DNA from: Octopus bimaculoides
Lineage: Eukaryota
NCBI RefSeq assembly: GCF_001194135.2
Contig: NC_068992.1
Coordinates: forward strand, 10,547,202 to 10,580,201
Direction of reading: 5' to 3'
DNA: 33,000 nucleotides
In this document: positions 21,830-33,000 of the stretch, piece by piece
Numbering within the stretch: position 1 is the first letter of the stretch
Layout: every line of letters begins with the position of its first letter
Notes under the pieces: model-generated
Databases searched by the model: none
What the model was told of the DNA's origin: nothing
What the model saw: the letters and a program-made list of their open reading frames with translations, nothing else
Made by a program: the position numbers and the translations under genes

Positions 21830-22363
21830 TCGACGACTGGCACCCATGCCAACACCTCCTTCATTGGACACTAAACTCGGCTTGCGAAGACCTGTTCGGG
21901 CAAGTGAAAGTGAAATCGTGATGGCACCTGTGAAAGTGAAATCATGATCGTTGCCAGAGCAGCTGTCTGGCTTCCGTGCCAATGGCATGTAAATAGTACC
22001 ATTTGAGCGTGATCGTTACCAGCGTCGCCTTCCTGTCACTTGTGCCGGTGGCATGTGAAAAGACATTTGAGCGAGGTCGTTGCCAGTGCCGCTGGACTGG
22101 CTCCTGTGCAGGTGGCACGTAAAATACACCATTTTGAGCGTGGCTGTTGCCAGTACCACCTGACTGGCCTTCATGCCGGTGGTACGTAAAAGTACCCACT
22201 ACACTCTCGGAGTGGTTGGCATTAGGAAGGGCATCCAGCTGTAGAAACTCTGCCAAATCAGATTGGAGCCTGGTGTAGCCATCTGGTTTACCAGTCCTCA
22301 GTCAAATCGTCCAACCCATGCTAGCATGGAAAGTGGATGTTAAATGATGATGATAATGATGAT
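21830..22363 (+). mobile_element. SINE-like family C, long copy with four tandem ~65-bp units
   Basis: Units start at 21945, 22010, 22074 and 22141. Tail CCAACCCATGCTAGCATGGAAAGTGGATGTTAAATGATGATGAT. Confidence 0.9.
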
Positions 22364-22374
22364 TGACAGGCTTG

Positions 22375-22515
22375 CCAACCAAATACATTCACCAGGCTTT
22401 AGTAAACGCAAAGCTTTTGTAAAATAAATTTGCCCAGAGTGCCACACTTTGGAACTGAACCTAAACCGACAGGGCTGCAAAGTAAACTTGTTAGTCATAT
22501 AATCATGTATGTGGC
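22375..22515 (-). mobile_element. Old SINE family A head fragment
   Basis: TTTGCCCAGAGTGCCACACTTTGGAACTGAACC resembles the reversed family A head. Confidence 0.55.
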
Positions 22516-23454
22516 TATTGGTTTTTGTAAAAATGTTGTTAGGTTTGAAACCCTTGAGGAATTGTAAGAAAATTTTGTGATAGGAAATTAATATAATAAT
22601 TGAATAAAATAAATGTTTCTATGACTAAACAGACTTCTTTATTTATGTTTTGTTCTTCGTTTCTGAAACTATTCAGATGTATTTATTTGTATGTCAAAGC
22701 TAACAGTGTTTGGATAAAGCTTTTTAATGATATGTTTTATTAATAATACAGATTAATCTATTTTCTATTGTTCTATTTCCTCTTTCCACAAGACTTACAG
22801 CAGATAAGGGACTATAAGAAGAAGAATTTAAACCGAGAAGGAGGAGACATATTGCTGCAAGAACCACAGTTGATAGAAAGTCCCTCATTAATAATTTGCA
22901 ACAGTAGTGTTCCCATTTAATATCCATTTTCCAAGTTTATGGGGATGACAGAGACCATTTCAGTGAAATAAAGATTACCCAAGCATGGCTAATTTTACAG
23001 TTCCATTGTCCTTCTTAACAACCTGAGTCAGTGAGGCATTAGCCATAAATAAACCTTGAAATAGCAAAAACAAGTGAGTGAGTGAAGTAAAATTGAATTG
23101 AATGATGATACATAATCTAGAGATGACCATTATGATTAGGCTTATGGAACATTTTAATTTTGGCCTTGTGATACATGGATTTATTCATAATCGGTAATAG
23201 AAGAGCCATAAAAGTGCCTTTGCTTCATTTTCTATCATTCATCTCAGTTCCAGCATTCATAACAATTGCAGTTGATTTAATCAATTATGGATTGAGCTGC
23301 TGGTCAGTAGTTCAATAGATGAATGAATGGTCAGTAGTTCATATACTATCACAGTAATGTGTACGCGGCTGAAACAATTAACTTTAACCAAATCAATCCA
23401 CCTGGCTGCAAATAGGTTACACACACAATTCACCACCAAACACTGACCATTAGT

Positions 23455-23710
23455 ACAAGTGGCACACTTGAAGAGTTGGTAGAGTATTGGACAGACAGCG
23501 TTATAATATTTGCTTTAATTCACCATGGCATGAGTTCAAACCCTACTGCAGACAATATTGCTTTTTATTCTTTGAAGATCAAAATATGGAAAGTACCAAT
23601 CTAATGTAATGGATTGGCAGTATTGTAAAGAACATCAGACCAGATGACTTGCAGTGTTTGTTCAAGCTCTTTGCATTCTGAGTTCAAATCCTGTCATTGC
23701 CTATTATAGC
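23455..23710 (+). mobile_element. Old SINE family B-like fragments
   Basis: GAGTTCAAACCC and TTCTGAGTTCAAATCCTG B-box-like segments with following core remnants. Confidence 0.5.
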
Positions 23711-23907
23711 AAATAAACTTCATTACCCACCTGATTTAGCACAACAAACTGGTCCTTTGGATATCTGCAGTAGACTCCACTGCCTTGCAAGCATTTGAGC
23801 CAGGTGTCTGGCTTAAGAACACTTCCAACCAATCTCAAAACCTTCTAAATAGTCATGGGCACCATCTTCCCTCTTGACTAACAAAAAAAGAACAACCTTG
23901 AACTTTG

Positions 23908-24035
23908 GTGATGATCATCATGATGATGATGACAACGACGATGATGATGATGATGACAACGACGATGATGATTATGATGATGACAACGACGATGATGATT
24001 ATGATGATGACAATGATGATAACAGTGATGATGAT
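23908..24035. repeat. (GAT/GAC)n repeat with a ~27-bp higher-order unit
   Basis: GATGATGACAACGACGATGATGAT(TAT) recurs 3-4 times. Confidence 0.92.
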
Positions 24036-24844
24036 ATTTCTGAACAAATTGGAATGTCTGTTAAAATTTAGATTCATTAATTTACTTTGTGAATTTAAAT
24101 ATTGATTCATTTGATTTCTTTTATGTTGAATCTCTGTCTGTGAGGGGTGTTGTTTTATTGTTGTTGTTCAGCTTAAGGTCAGCACTCATTGAGCTGACTT
24201 ATGATGAAAGTTGTTGTGATGCACCAGACAAACTATGTGATTTGACTGTTTTAGACACTAAAGTCTAGGGATGCTACAGGAATTCTGAACAACTAAGACA
24301 AAATTTCTTAATCCAGCTAAAATCCCAGAAACTCAGTAATAAAGGGAACATGTGAGGTCAATGGTATAGTGAGAATGTATGCAGCCTGGGGATCCAGCTG
24401 GGTCATTTGGAGAGAGTTGTTTCTGACAGGCCCTGATGGAAGGCATACTTGAAGGCTCTGCCCCTACCACCATCCCAGAAATAAGTGGATGAAGAAGATG
24501 GGAAGAAGTAAGAACTGAGAGAGAACTATTTCCAGTTTATTGAGGGTCATGTGATCATGCTATCATGTGACCATAGAGAGATTTGTTTGTTGACTCAATA
24601 GCTCTATGAGTTATGCAGTAAACATCAGTAATACTAAGAGGCTAAATTCACTGGAGAGCGTTCCTATCCTACAGATTTAAGTCCTTGCACTAATGTGAGA
24701 GATTCCTACTTTTTTTTTCCATCTTTTGATGAAGAAGGAAAGTAGTGCCAATAACCATTCTAGGGCGTTTGAGACTAGAAGGAGGCAGGGAGGAATGTAT
24801 TCTTCCACTGAATGCTTGCAACAGAGTAAAAATCACTAAAGGCA

Positions 24845-24960
24845 TCCAAGGTGCTATTTTATTTTCGTTGGTCCTGAAAGGATGAATGACAAAGTTGACC
24901 TAAGTTAAATTTGAACTCAGGGTACAGAGAATTAGAACAAAAACCACAAGGTATTAGATT
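24845..24960 (-). mobile_element. SINE family B fragment
   Basis: CCTGAAAGGATGAATGACAAAGTTGACCTAAGTTAAATTTGAACTCAGG. Confidence 0.7.
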
Positions 24961-25639
24961 GGCATCTAAATGAAGAAACAATTAAAAAATAATGTCTATA
25001 GCACTTTAAAACGTATACTGTTTTTAATATAGTAACAGACTCATAAAAAATGCATTGCTTGTATTTTAATAACTGATAATGTGATATATAATGTATCTTA
25101 TCTATATACTGTCTACATGTTTGTGGTAGACTATATAAAATATGTATTGTCTATGCTTTAGTAATTTATTCATAAACGTATAAAATGTCTGTATTATAAC
25201 AATTAGATTCTTCTGAAAGATACAGTTGTGCTGGAGGTAGGTGGAATAGACTTCTTTTTTGGCAGAGAAATGGATATATATATAAAGGAAATGAGATAGA
25301 CAGAGCATGTAACAGAATAATTACTGTACTGTTGCATGCTTTTGCACGACAGTGTCATGTGACCCACCTAGTGATCATGTGATGAAGACTGTTTAACATG
25401 GCTGCCATTTCTGTGTTGAGAAGTTTTACATTGCCTTATATATCTTGCAGGTAACTACACTTTTATTTGGTTATTCAGTTGGTTAAGGCCAGTAAAAGTG
25501 AGTGGATGCATGTGGTTACACTTTTATTTTCATAAACATTTTGTTGTTGGATTACATTAATGGACTTGAACAATGGATTTGACCATTCAAAGCTACAAAT
25601 ACAACCTATTTGGTTATAACAATTATTCTTAATTGATGA

Positions 25640-26600
25640 CAAAAAAGTGTTGTCATAGGCAACGTAATAGCAAAATTGTTTCCAGCCGCTGCACAGGAAG
25701 GACTGATAGATGAGCTAACAGATTGTTTCTAACTTATAAACCACTTTGACAATAAATAAAAATGACCTTGATATCATGGCTGGAAACTTTAATTAATGAA
25801 TATAAAGGATGTTTACTTGGATGTGCATATAGGCTATAAATTATTGATATAGTATAAAAAATGAAGTGAGATCAAGGTCTTTAGAGTTCTGTGGCATAAA
25901 TATCCAATCTTGTGTAACACTAACTTTAAGAAACAGGTCTGCCATCTGATCAATTCCTACTCAAGCAAACAAGCACTTAAGTGAGTTAGACTTCGCACTC
26001 ACCAAGAAATGGGATAAAATGGGATTGAGAATAGTAAGTCTTTCACTGGTGAAGAATGTATCACTCAGCATAGATTAGTGGTAAGTGTATCACTCAACAT
26101 AGATTAGAGTAAGGGAAGACTAAGTGAAACAAGAACATTTAGAGAAGGAAAGTGTAGAAACTGAAAGATTCCGCTTCTAAGCATGAAGTTCAGAGAGATT
26201 CTTGGTGATGTGTATGATGAAAATGAAGATGAGAAGGAGAAAGAGGGCCCATGTCTTAGAATATAACAAGGAATTTCGATAAGAAGACAACTTGCAGCAA
26301 GTCAAAGTTCAGACATGTGATTGGAACAAGAGGTTTGGCAATGTTTCCATATGAAAGGATGAGAGGTCTGAGATGTTCTAAATTGCAAAGCAGTATGTCA
26401 GTGTGGATCAAGTTGTTAATGGAGAAAAGTGTGTCCCAAGGGACAATAGTGCACTCATTCTCATTGATGTTGTAGATGAAAGGCTTGGAAATGCTACTAT
26501 GAGAGGTTGATGAAGGGAGACAATACATAGAAAGGAGAAAGGCTGGCCATTTAGACTCAGCAGAGGGATCCACTATTCAAGGGACCTGATGTAAAGGAAG
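25640..26600 (+). mobile_element. Decayed RTE-clade LINE (AP-endonuclease C-half and linker)
   Basis: Successive motifs AAQEGLIDE (AYAPQ region), MAGNFN (AGDFN, ~25780), SLEFCG..NTNFKK..HLI, SFTGEECITQHRLVV (~26042) and RFGNVS..KQYV..GEKCV..AWKCYYERLM. Confidence 0.8.
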
Positions 26601-26896
26601 ACTAAAGAAAACAAGGGCAGAAATAATGGAAGTTGATTATAAGATGATGGAGATAAGGGAAGAGATTCTGTACTGGAGAAATCCTACACATCCTATGGCA
26701 AGCATAGAAAAACAGATATACAATGAAAACTACATTGATGAGTGTCATAAAATGTATGTAGGGACCGTATTTAGTGGTTGATTCATAAAATGTGTACAAT
26801 CTGAGTTTTGGCCAGGAATTGATAAAAATGTCCAGCGTGATTGTTTTATCATTTTACTATGTTGACCACAAGGGGTTACCTTGCACTATAAGATAC

Positions 26897-26899
<3 letters not shown>

Positions 26900-26965
<66 letters not shown>

Positions 26966-26970
26966 GAGAG
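26900..26970. repeat. (GA)n microsatellite
   Basis: Direct reading. Confidence 0.97.
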
Positions 26971-27087
26971 CAAAAGGAAGAGATAAAAGAGAATCTGGTG
27001 ACATCATCAGTTTTAGACAAGAAGAGATTTTGCCAAATGCATTAAAGGGGGACAGAAAATTTAGAAGAATTAACTGTTGCTCCTATC

Positions 27088-27245
27088 ATCACCACCACTA
27101 CTACAACCACTACCATGACCATAACAAAAACAATGAAGACTGATGATGAAGATGACCATCACCACTACGACAACCACCACTGTCATCATCCCTATCATCA
27201 TTGTCATCTTTATCATCGTCATCATCATCATCATCATCATCATCA
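27088..27245. repeat. Compound (CAC/CAT/GAT)n trinucleotide tract
   Basis: Direct reading; source of the poly-H/S/M ORFs. Confidence 0.9.
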
Positions 27246-28437
27246 GCTGAAATGTACACCTCCTTTTACACGCAAGTATTGGTTGGACACTTTTGCAGAG
27301 GCAATGATTTTGGCTGGATACCTTCCCTGTTGCCAAGCTCTCTTAGTTATCTCTTTTTTTATAGAAGGACACAATACATCAAGTCAAAAATCAGAATACA
27401 TACAGCACATATGCATCCTTAAAAAAGAGCCTGAAACAAACAAAGAATATTATGCCATTCTCTTTATTTAAAACAAAACTCACAAAAACTCTAATAGAAA
27501 AACTACCAAACTGAGAAATAAGAAAATAAAAGTGAAAATTAACCCAACTAACTCATAGAATAACTGAAATTTGAAAATTTAAAAGAGAAAGACAATTGTA
27601 TTTGCAGTTTTAGAAAAATCTCCCAGGAACATAATTGATGATGTATAGAAGTTGCCATGAGGATCTCCAAGGCAGATTACTACCCAAAACACAAATGCTG
27701 GTTTATTAATCGATTATTCTCTTACATAAAGTCTAAATTTATTCTTGAATTATGATGTTTTTGTTTAGTTATTTGTGTTTAATAATGAACAGTGATGCAA
27801 ATGAGATGAGCACTAAATTTGCATAAAAGTAAGAACTTTCAAAACTCTTACAATGCATAGATTTTTACATCAGTACTATATCTTCAGGAATATAAATTCT
27901 TTCCTATGTATTTAATCATCCAATAGCTTTATATAATTTTTTTTATAGAAAAATAGCACCCTCTTTTTTTACATCTTTCATTTGTTTTTTTGATAAAGTA
28001 AAAGTGCCTGCATCTTATCTGTATAGAAGCATTTGTGGTATTTTCTTCCAAAAGATTAATATTATTGTGGTATTCATAGCATTGGCAGAATTGTTACGGC
28101 ATCAAATTTTCATAGGGATGATAGAAATAATGGTACACCCTTCCCATGTGACAAGTGGTATGAGTTGGTCACTATAAATAGGAGAGTATGAGGCAGAAGT
28201 GGGGGGAGTATGTAGTAGGCAGTCAGAGATAGTTGTGCCTTTACTGGTTTTACTAAGTATACAATATATCTAAGTGGGCGTTATAACAATCCAACATTTT
28301 AAGGATTATAACACATAAAATACCTTGCAGTATTTGTTCTAGCTTCTTTACATTCTTAGTTCAAATTCTCTGATAAAATCGGTTAACTCTCTCCTGACAA
28401 ACTTTGAGGCCCTGTCTCTATGTCAGAAACAATTATA

Positions 28438-28615
28438 AAAGCAGTAGAATGGCAGAAGTATTAGTGTGTTGGACAAAATGCTGGTTCTTTACATTTCGAG
28501 TTTAAATCCTGTTGAGGACAACTTTGCCTTTCATCCTCTTAAGGTTGATACAATAAAGTATCCTTTAAATCCTGGGATTGATTTACCATATTTTCTGGCA
28601 TATAAGTGTAAATTT
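28438..28615 (+). mobile_element. Old SINE family B copy
   Basis: GAGTTTAAATCCTGTTGAGGACAACTTTGCCTTTCATCCTCTTAAGGTTGATA core. Confidence 0.7.
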
Positions 28616-28903
28616 TCAGACCAAAATTTACTGCCAAAAAAAGAGTAGGTTGACTGATACACCAAAATGACTTCAGAGCACTGACATTTCCTTGTGAAAT
28701 GCAGAAGCATTTGGAAAGATACCGACAATGTTTGCATGGTTGCACTGCATCATTACATTATGTACTGCATTGACTTGCATGCCAGCAAATACAGTAATCA
28801 ACAGTTTGTTGAAGGCAAACAAGTTCAAACTTCAAAGTCACAGTTAACCTTTGTCCTTGTAAAATTTTAAAATGCTAATACTTTTCTAAAAGATATTTAG
28901 TAA

Positions 28904-29295
28904 GGTGCAGGAGTGGCTGTGTGGTAAGTAACTTGCTTACTAACCACATGGTTCCGGGTTCAGTCCCACTGCATGGCACCTTGGGCAAGTGTCTTCTACT
29001 ATAGTCTCGGGCCGAACAAAGTCTTGTGAGTGGATTTGGTAGACAGAAACTGAAAGAAGCCCATCGCATGTGTGTATATATATATGTGTGTGTTTGTGTG
29101 TCTGTGTTTGTCCCCCCCAACATCGCTTCACAACTGTTACTGGTGAGTTTACATCCCCATAACTTATCGGTTCGGCAAAAGAGACCGATAGAACAAGTAC
29201 TAGGCTTACAAAGAATAAGTCCTGGGGTCGATTTGCTCAACTAAAGGCGGTGCTCCAGCATGGCCGCAGTCAAATGACTGAAACAAGTAAAAGAG
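28904..29295 (+). mobile_element. Full-length SINE family A
   Basis: Near-collinear with 74-480, including the tRNA-like head and GTAAAAGAG tail. Confidence 0.92.
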
Positions 29296-29531
29296 TACGA
29301 GTAATCCTTTAGTTTAATATTACATTTCTTTTTTTTTTTTATGACATTAATATAATTGACTTAACTCAGTCCACAAAATTCCTGGCCTTCTGCATCATTT
29401 ACAATCACATATTGTGGTAATTAACAATATGCACTTTTGACAAGTACTGCTAAAATTTTATAGCTTCTTCAGAATTTAAAATAAAATATCAGTGACAATG
29501 AACAAAGAACTGAAACCGTCAATTCATAATA

Positions 29532-29712
29532 CATCATCATCATCATCGTTTAACGTCCGCTTTCCATGCTAGCATGGGTTGGATGACTTGACTGAGGACT
29601 GGTGAAACCGGATGGCAACACCAGGCTCCAATCTAAATTTGGCAGAGTTTCTACAGCTGGATGCCCTTCCTAACACCAACCACTCAGAGAGTGTAGTAGG
29701 TGCTTTTACGTG
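29532..29712 (-). mobile_element. SINE-like family C, 5'-truncated
   Basis: Closely matches the reverse complement of 22190-22360. Confidence 0.9.
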
Positions 29713-30227
29713 ATGAGATATAATTAAAACCTTAAGATACTTACTAATTTAGAATTTATGAATATATTTCATTTTATTATATAATTACAATACGTCTCTT
29801 GTTTTAATCTGAAATTAAAATTCTATTGTCTATCTTTCTAAAAAATGGGAAAAAAATTATTTATTTATGGCAAACATATTTCTCAATCACTTAGATGTAT
29901 GAAATGTTTCTAAGTGCATTGTTGAACCTTATAGGTAAAAATCCAAGGTTATCAACCTATTTTAAATTTTGTTGTTTCTCAATGTTACTTGTATAAATAT
30001 TAGGTTTATTAATAAAATAGGCAAAACATGGCTGTATTGAAATAATGTGTGCTTGTTTGTAAACATTATAGATAATAAATAACAAGCTATACATCCATAC
30101 ATGCTACTCCCACCTCCAATATAAATATACATGTGTGTGTGTATGTACATACATGTGTATATATATACACATATGTGTATCTATAGCTATATCCATCCAT
30201 CCATCTATCTATCTATCTATCTCTTTA

Positions 30228-30490
30228 AAAAATAAAACAAAAAGGCAAAAGAGAGTCACTTACTGTTATAGTTTCTTCAATGAGAATATTGACCAAGGTT
30301 ACCGTGGTCTTTTCCGTGGGCTTTTCCTTCCACGGCTAAACCTAAACTGTCCTCCCCTCTTTTTACACGAGAACATTACTGTGTGATACACGATCCCTAT
30401 TGATCGGCCTTTCCTTTTCTTTTTTTTTCGATCCCTTTTGATCGAACTGCCCCTTTTTCCCTTCCTACGATCCCTTTTGATCGACACCAC

Positions 30491-30530
<40 letters not shown>

Positions 30531-30616
30531 TCCTTCCTTCCCCCTCCCAAAAAGAAAAGCTCTACATTGTATTTGTCCCATCTTCGTTGAGCCCTGTGTG
30601 GCTAATAAAAGAAATG
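30228..30616 (+). mobile_element. 3' end of an L1/Tx1-like LINE inserted in an (ATCT)n tract
   Basis: Flanked by the 14-bp direct repeat TATCTATCTCTTTA (30214-30227, 30617-30630). U-rich 3'UTR-like body ends in CTAATAAAAGAAAT. Clade assignment is from recall. Confidence 0.55.
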
Positions 30617-30695
30617 TATCTATCTCTTTATATATATTTAAATATCAATGAGAAGCAACCTGAGGAATATAGATAATATCAAACACACATACACA

Positions 30696-31257
30696 TGGTA
30701 TGTTTTGCCAGTTCATAAGCAGGCTGTAATTAATAGGCATGAGAGAAAATTTTCTTGTCAATATGCCTGGTGTAAAAGTACTTACAAGTCATAGACAAGT
30801 AAGACAACTCACACCAGATTCCATTAGAGGTGTGGTAGACATTAGTGTTTCATCTTATCAATACCACATACCCAAAATGAGGCCAGGCATAAGCTAAAAT
30901 GTTCACTATGACAATATGCAAAATGGTGTGAGAACTATATGCTGCTATGTCCCCATGTTTCACAGGCTTGTTGATGAGAAAATTTTCTCTCGTACCTATA
31001 AATCACACTCTGGCCAGAAACTAGCTATATACATACCTTGTGCGTGTCTGTTTCCTCAGAAACGATGGGACATACCAGCGTATGGTTCTCACACCATTTT
31101 GTCACAAATAAGTCACAAAAATGCTGAAATATTAATGTCTATAACACCGGTCCTGCTGCAGGACCTGGTGTGAGTTGTCTCACTTGTCTATGACTTCTAG
31201 GTGTTTTTACACCAGGTGTATTGATAAAAAAATTGTAGCCTGGCAAAATGCATACCG
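30696..31257. mobile_element. Fold-back / MITE-like non-autonomous DNA element with nested inverted repeats
   Basis: Outer arms 30758-30817 and 31165-31224 (53/60 complementary), inner arms 30919-30961 and 31059-31101, termini GGTATGTTTTGCCAG / CTGGCAAAATGCATACC. Confidence 0.75.
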
Positions 31258-31280
31258 TATGTATGTATTTCTGATATTGC

Positions 31281-31282
<2 letters not shown>

Positions 31283-31324
<42 letters not shown>
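31283..31324. repeat. (AC)n microsatellite
   Basis: Direct reading. Confidence 0.95.
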
Positions 31325-31327
<3 letters not shown>

Positions 31328-31489
31328 TCCTTAAATATATATACACATATATGTAAACATATGCAGGTGAGCAAGAGAGGATTTGAGACAGAAAGAGATT
31401 TCAGTTGTGAGATCCTGCCTTAAATAACATTCCATCTAACCCATGCTTGTATGCAGAAGCAGATGTGAAGAAAATGAAGCTGCACCCAT

Positions 31490-31491
31490 AC

Positions 31492-31571
<80 letters not shown>
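31490..31571. repeat. (CATA)n-(TA)n microsatellite
   Basis: Direct reading. Confidence 0.95.
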
Positions 31572-31577
<6 letters not shown>

Positions 31578-31802
31578 TAAAAGAGTTCCGACTGTCTGTT
31601 TTTAATATTTTATTTATATTCTTATAAAATTAATGTGGGATATAGAATATGGAATATATAATATAAATAGTAAAATGAAATGAAGTATTGAATGTCTTAT
31701 TGAATATATGAAATATTGAGTATTAAATATAGAGTATAAAATATATAAGGACTTTCCTGCCTCATGGCAGTCATCAAGGTCCTGTCTGACATGAATTTAT
31801 AT

Positions 31803-32175
31803 CATCATCATCATCTTCATCATCATTTAACGTCCATTGTCCATTCTGGCATAGGTTGGACGGTTTGACTTGGCTGGGATGCTGGAATGCTGCAGCAGAC
31901 TCCAGTCTGATTTAGCATGGTATTTTATGGCTGGATGGCCTTCCTAATACCAACCACTCCAAGAGTGCAATGGGTGCTTTTACATGCCACCGGCATGGGT
32001 GCCATTTGCATGATGCCAGGGTGCGTTTACATGCCACAGGCATGGGTGTCAATTTGGCACGACACTGGTATCTGCCATGACTGTCACTTTGCTTGGCTTG
32101 CTGGGTCCTCTCAAGCACAGTGCATCACCAAAGGTTTCAGTCACTAGTCATTGCCTCTGTGAGGCTCAAAGTTCA
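31803..32175 (-). mobile_element. SINE-like family C copy
   Basis: CATCATTTAACGTCCATTGTCCATTCTGGCATAGG..GGATGGCCTTCCTAATACCAACCACTCC..GGTGCTTTTACATGCCACC. Confidence 0.85.
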
Positions 32176-32738
32176 AAGATCATATTTCACATATATAGAC
32201 ATACACATATATGTATGTATATGCTTCTTCTCTGGATTTATGTTTTCTACAAACAACATATACATATATATCATCCAATATGGAGGCAAATTACCTACAT
32301 TCTTAAGAGGAACACTTGAAAAATTGTAAAGCTTCTGCATGAAACCATTGATATCATTGTTAATCCACAAATAAAGAATATATATATCTATATGTGTATG
32401 TGCACATGCACACACACACACACACACACATGCACACACAGACACATACATGTAGATATATAGATAAATAAATAATAGTAGGAAAAGGAGCAAATGACAT
32501 TCCTTATTCAAAATCACTCCAACTGATTTTAAATGACTGCAATTTAAATCACAATAATTGATTTGAAATAAAGAATGTCATTTAATCTATTTTCTATTGT
32601 TTATCTATTTATATAAATGTATGGACTCTTCGGAATTCCTGTTGTAGATCAAGTATCAAGAGCATTTCTGTTATATGATTACATCTGGTTGCCAATAACT
32701 GTATACAGGCTTTACCAAATCTTATTTAACTATATATA

Positions 32739-33000
32739 CAGGGGTTGGACAAAATAATGGAAACACTTAGCATCAGAGCTTCATAATTTTGAAATATCTA
32801 TAAAACCATCAAAAGCTTGTTTATTTTTATGTTTTTTGTGAAGAATAAAAAGTTTTGAATGGTACACCAATGCACTATAATACAAACAATGGACTATATA
32901 CCTGTTGTAATTTAGTCATCCATAGTCTGATGATATTTTGGAATAAAATTCCTTCTTCAGATATTCTTAGATGGAGTCACTGCTATAATCGGTTTTCCAA
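32739..33000. mobile_element. Tc1-like transposon end running off the window
   Basis: TA-CAGGGGTTGGACAAAATAATGGAAACAC is a Tc1-type TIR at a TA site. No clear transposase motif within the window. Confidence 0.6.

Noticed and set aside
21945-22202. CRISPR-like appearance of regularly spaced hairpin repeats
   Set aside because: Units are homologous over their whole length with no unique spacers, sit inside a eukaryotic retroposon, and no cas genes are present.
23301-23341. 14-bp direct repeat TGGTCAGTAGTTCA at a 27-bp period
   Set aside because: Best explained as a trivial local slippage duplication.
24330-24560. Possible LINE C-terminal remnant (GC-richer patch)
   Set aside because: No frame gave a convincing motif.
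28172-28181. CTATAAATAG TATA/MEF2-like site with an upstream CATGTG
   Set aside because: A short motif expected by chance in AT-rich DNA; no downstream gene or LTR partner identified.

Overview
AT-rich eukaryotic non-coding DNA, most likely intronic or intergenic. The interspersed-repeat repertoire matches what I recognise from Octopus (cephalopod) genomes; this is an inference, not a database result. No protein-coding gene can be assigned with confidence, and nearly all supplied ORFs are microsatellite read-throughs or antisense shadows of repeats. Supported content: three abundant SINE-like families (two with tRNA-like heads, one with an RTE-type tail and internal ~65-bp units); RTE, RTE-X and L1/Tx1-like LINE relics; a DD34D mariner relic; DD37D (maT)-type and Tc1-like transposon ends; Penelope-like relics; a ~560-bp nested fold-back element; and many microsatellites. 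The most notable signal is a set of degenerate minimal type-I hammerhead ribozyme motifs between ~6.7 and 17.4 kb, the clearest at 17286-17366 (-). Several splice-signal-bounded candidate exons on the minus strand are reported as low-confidence hypotheses only.
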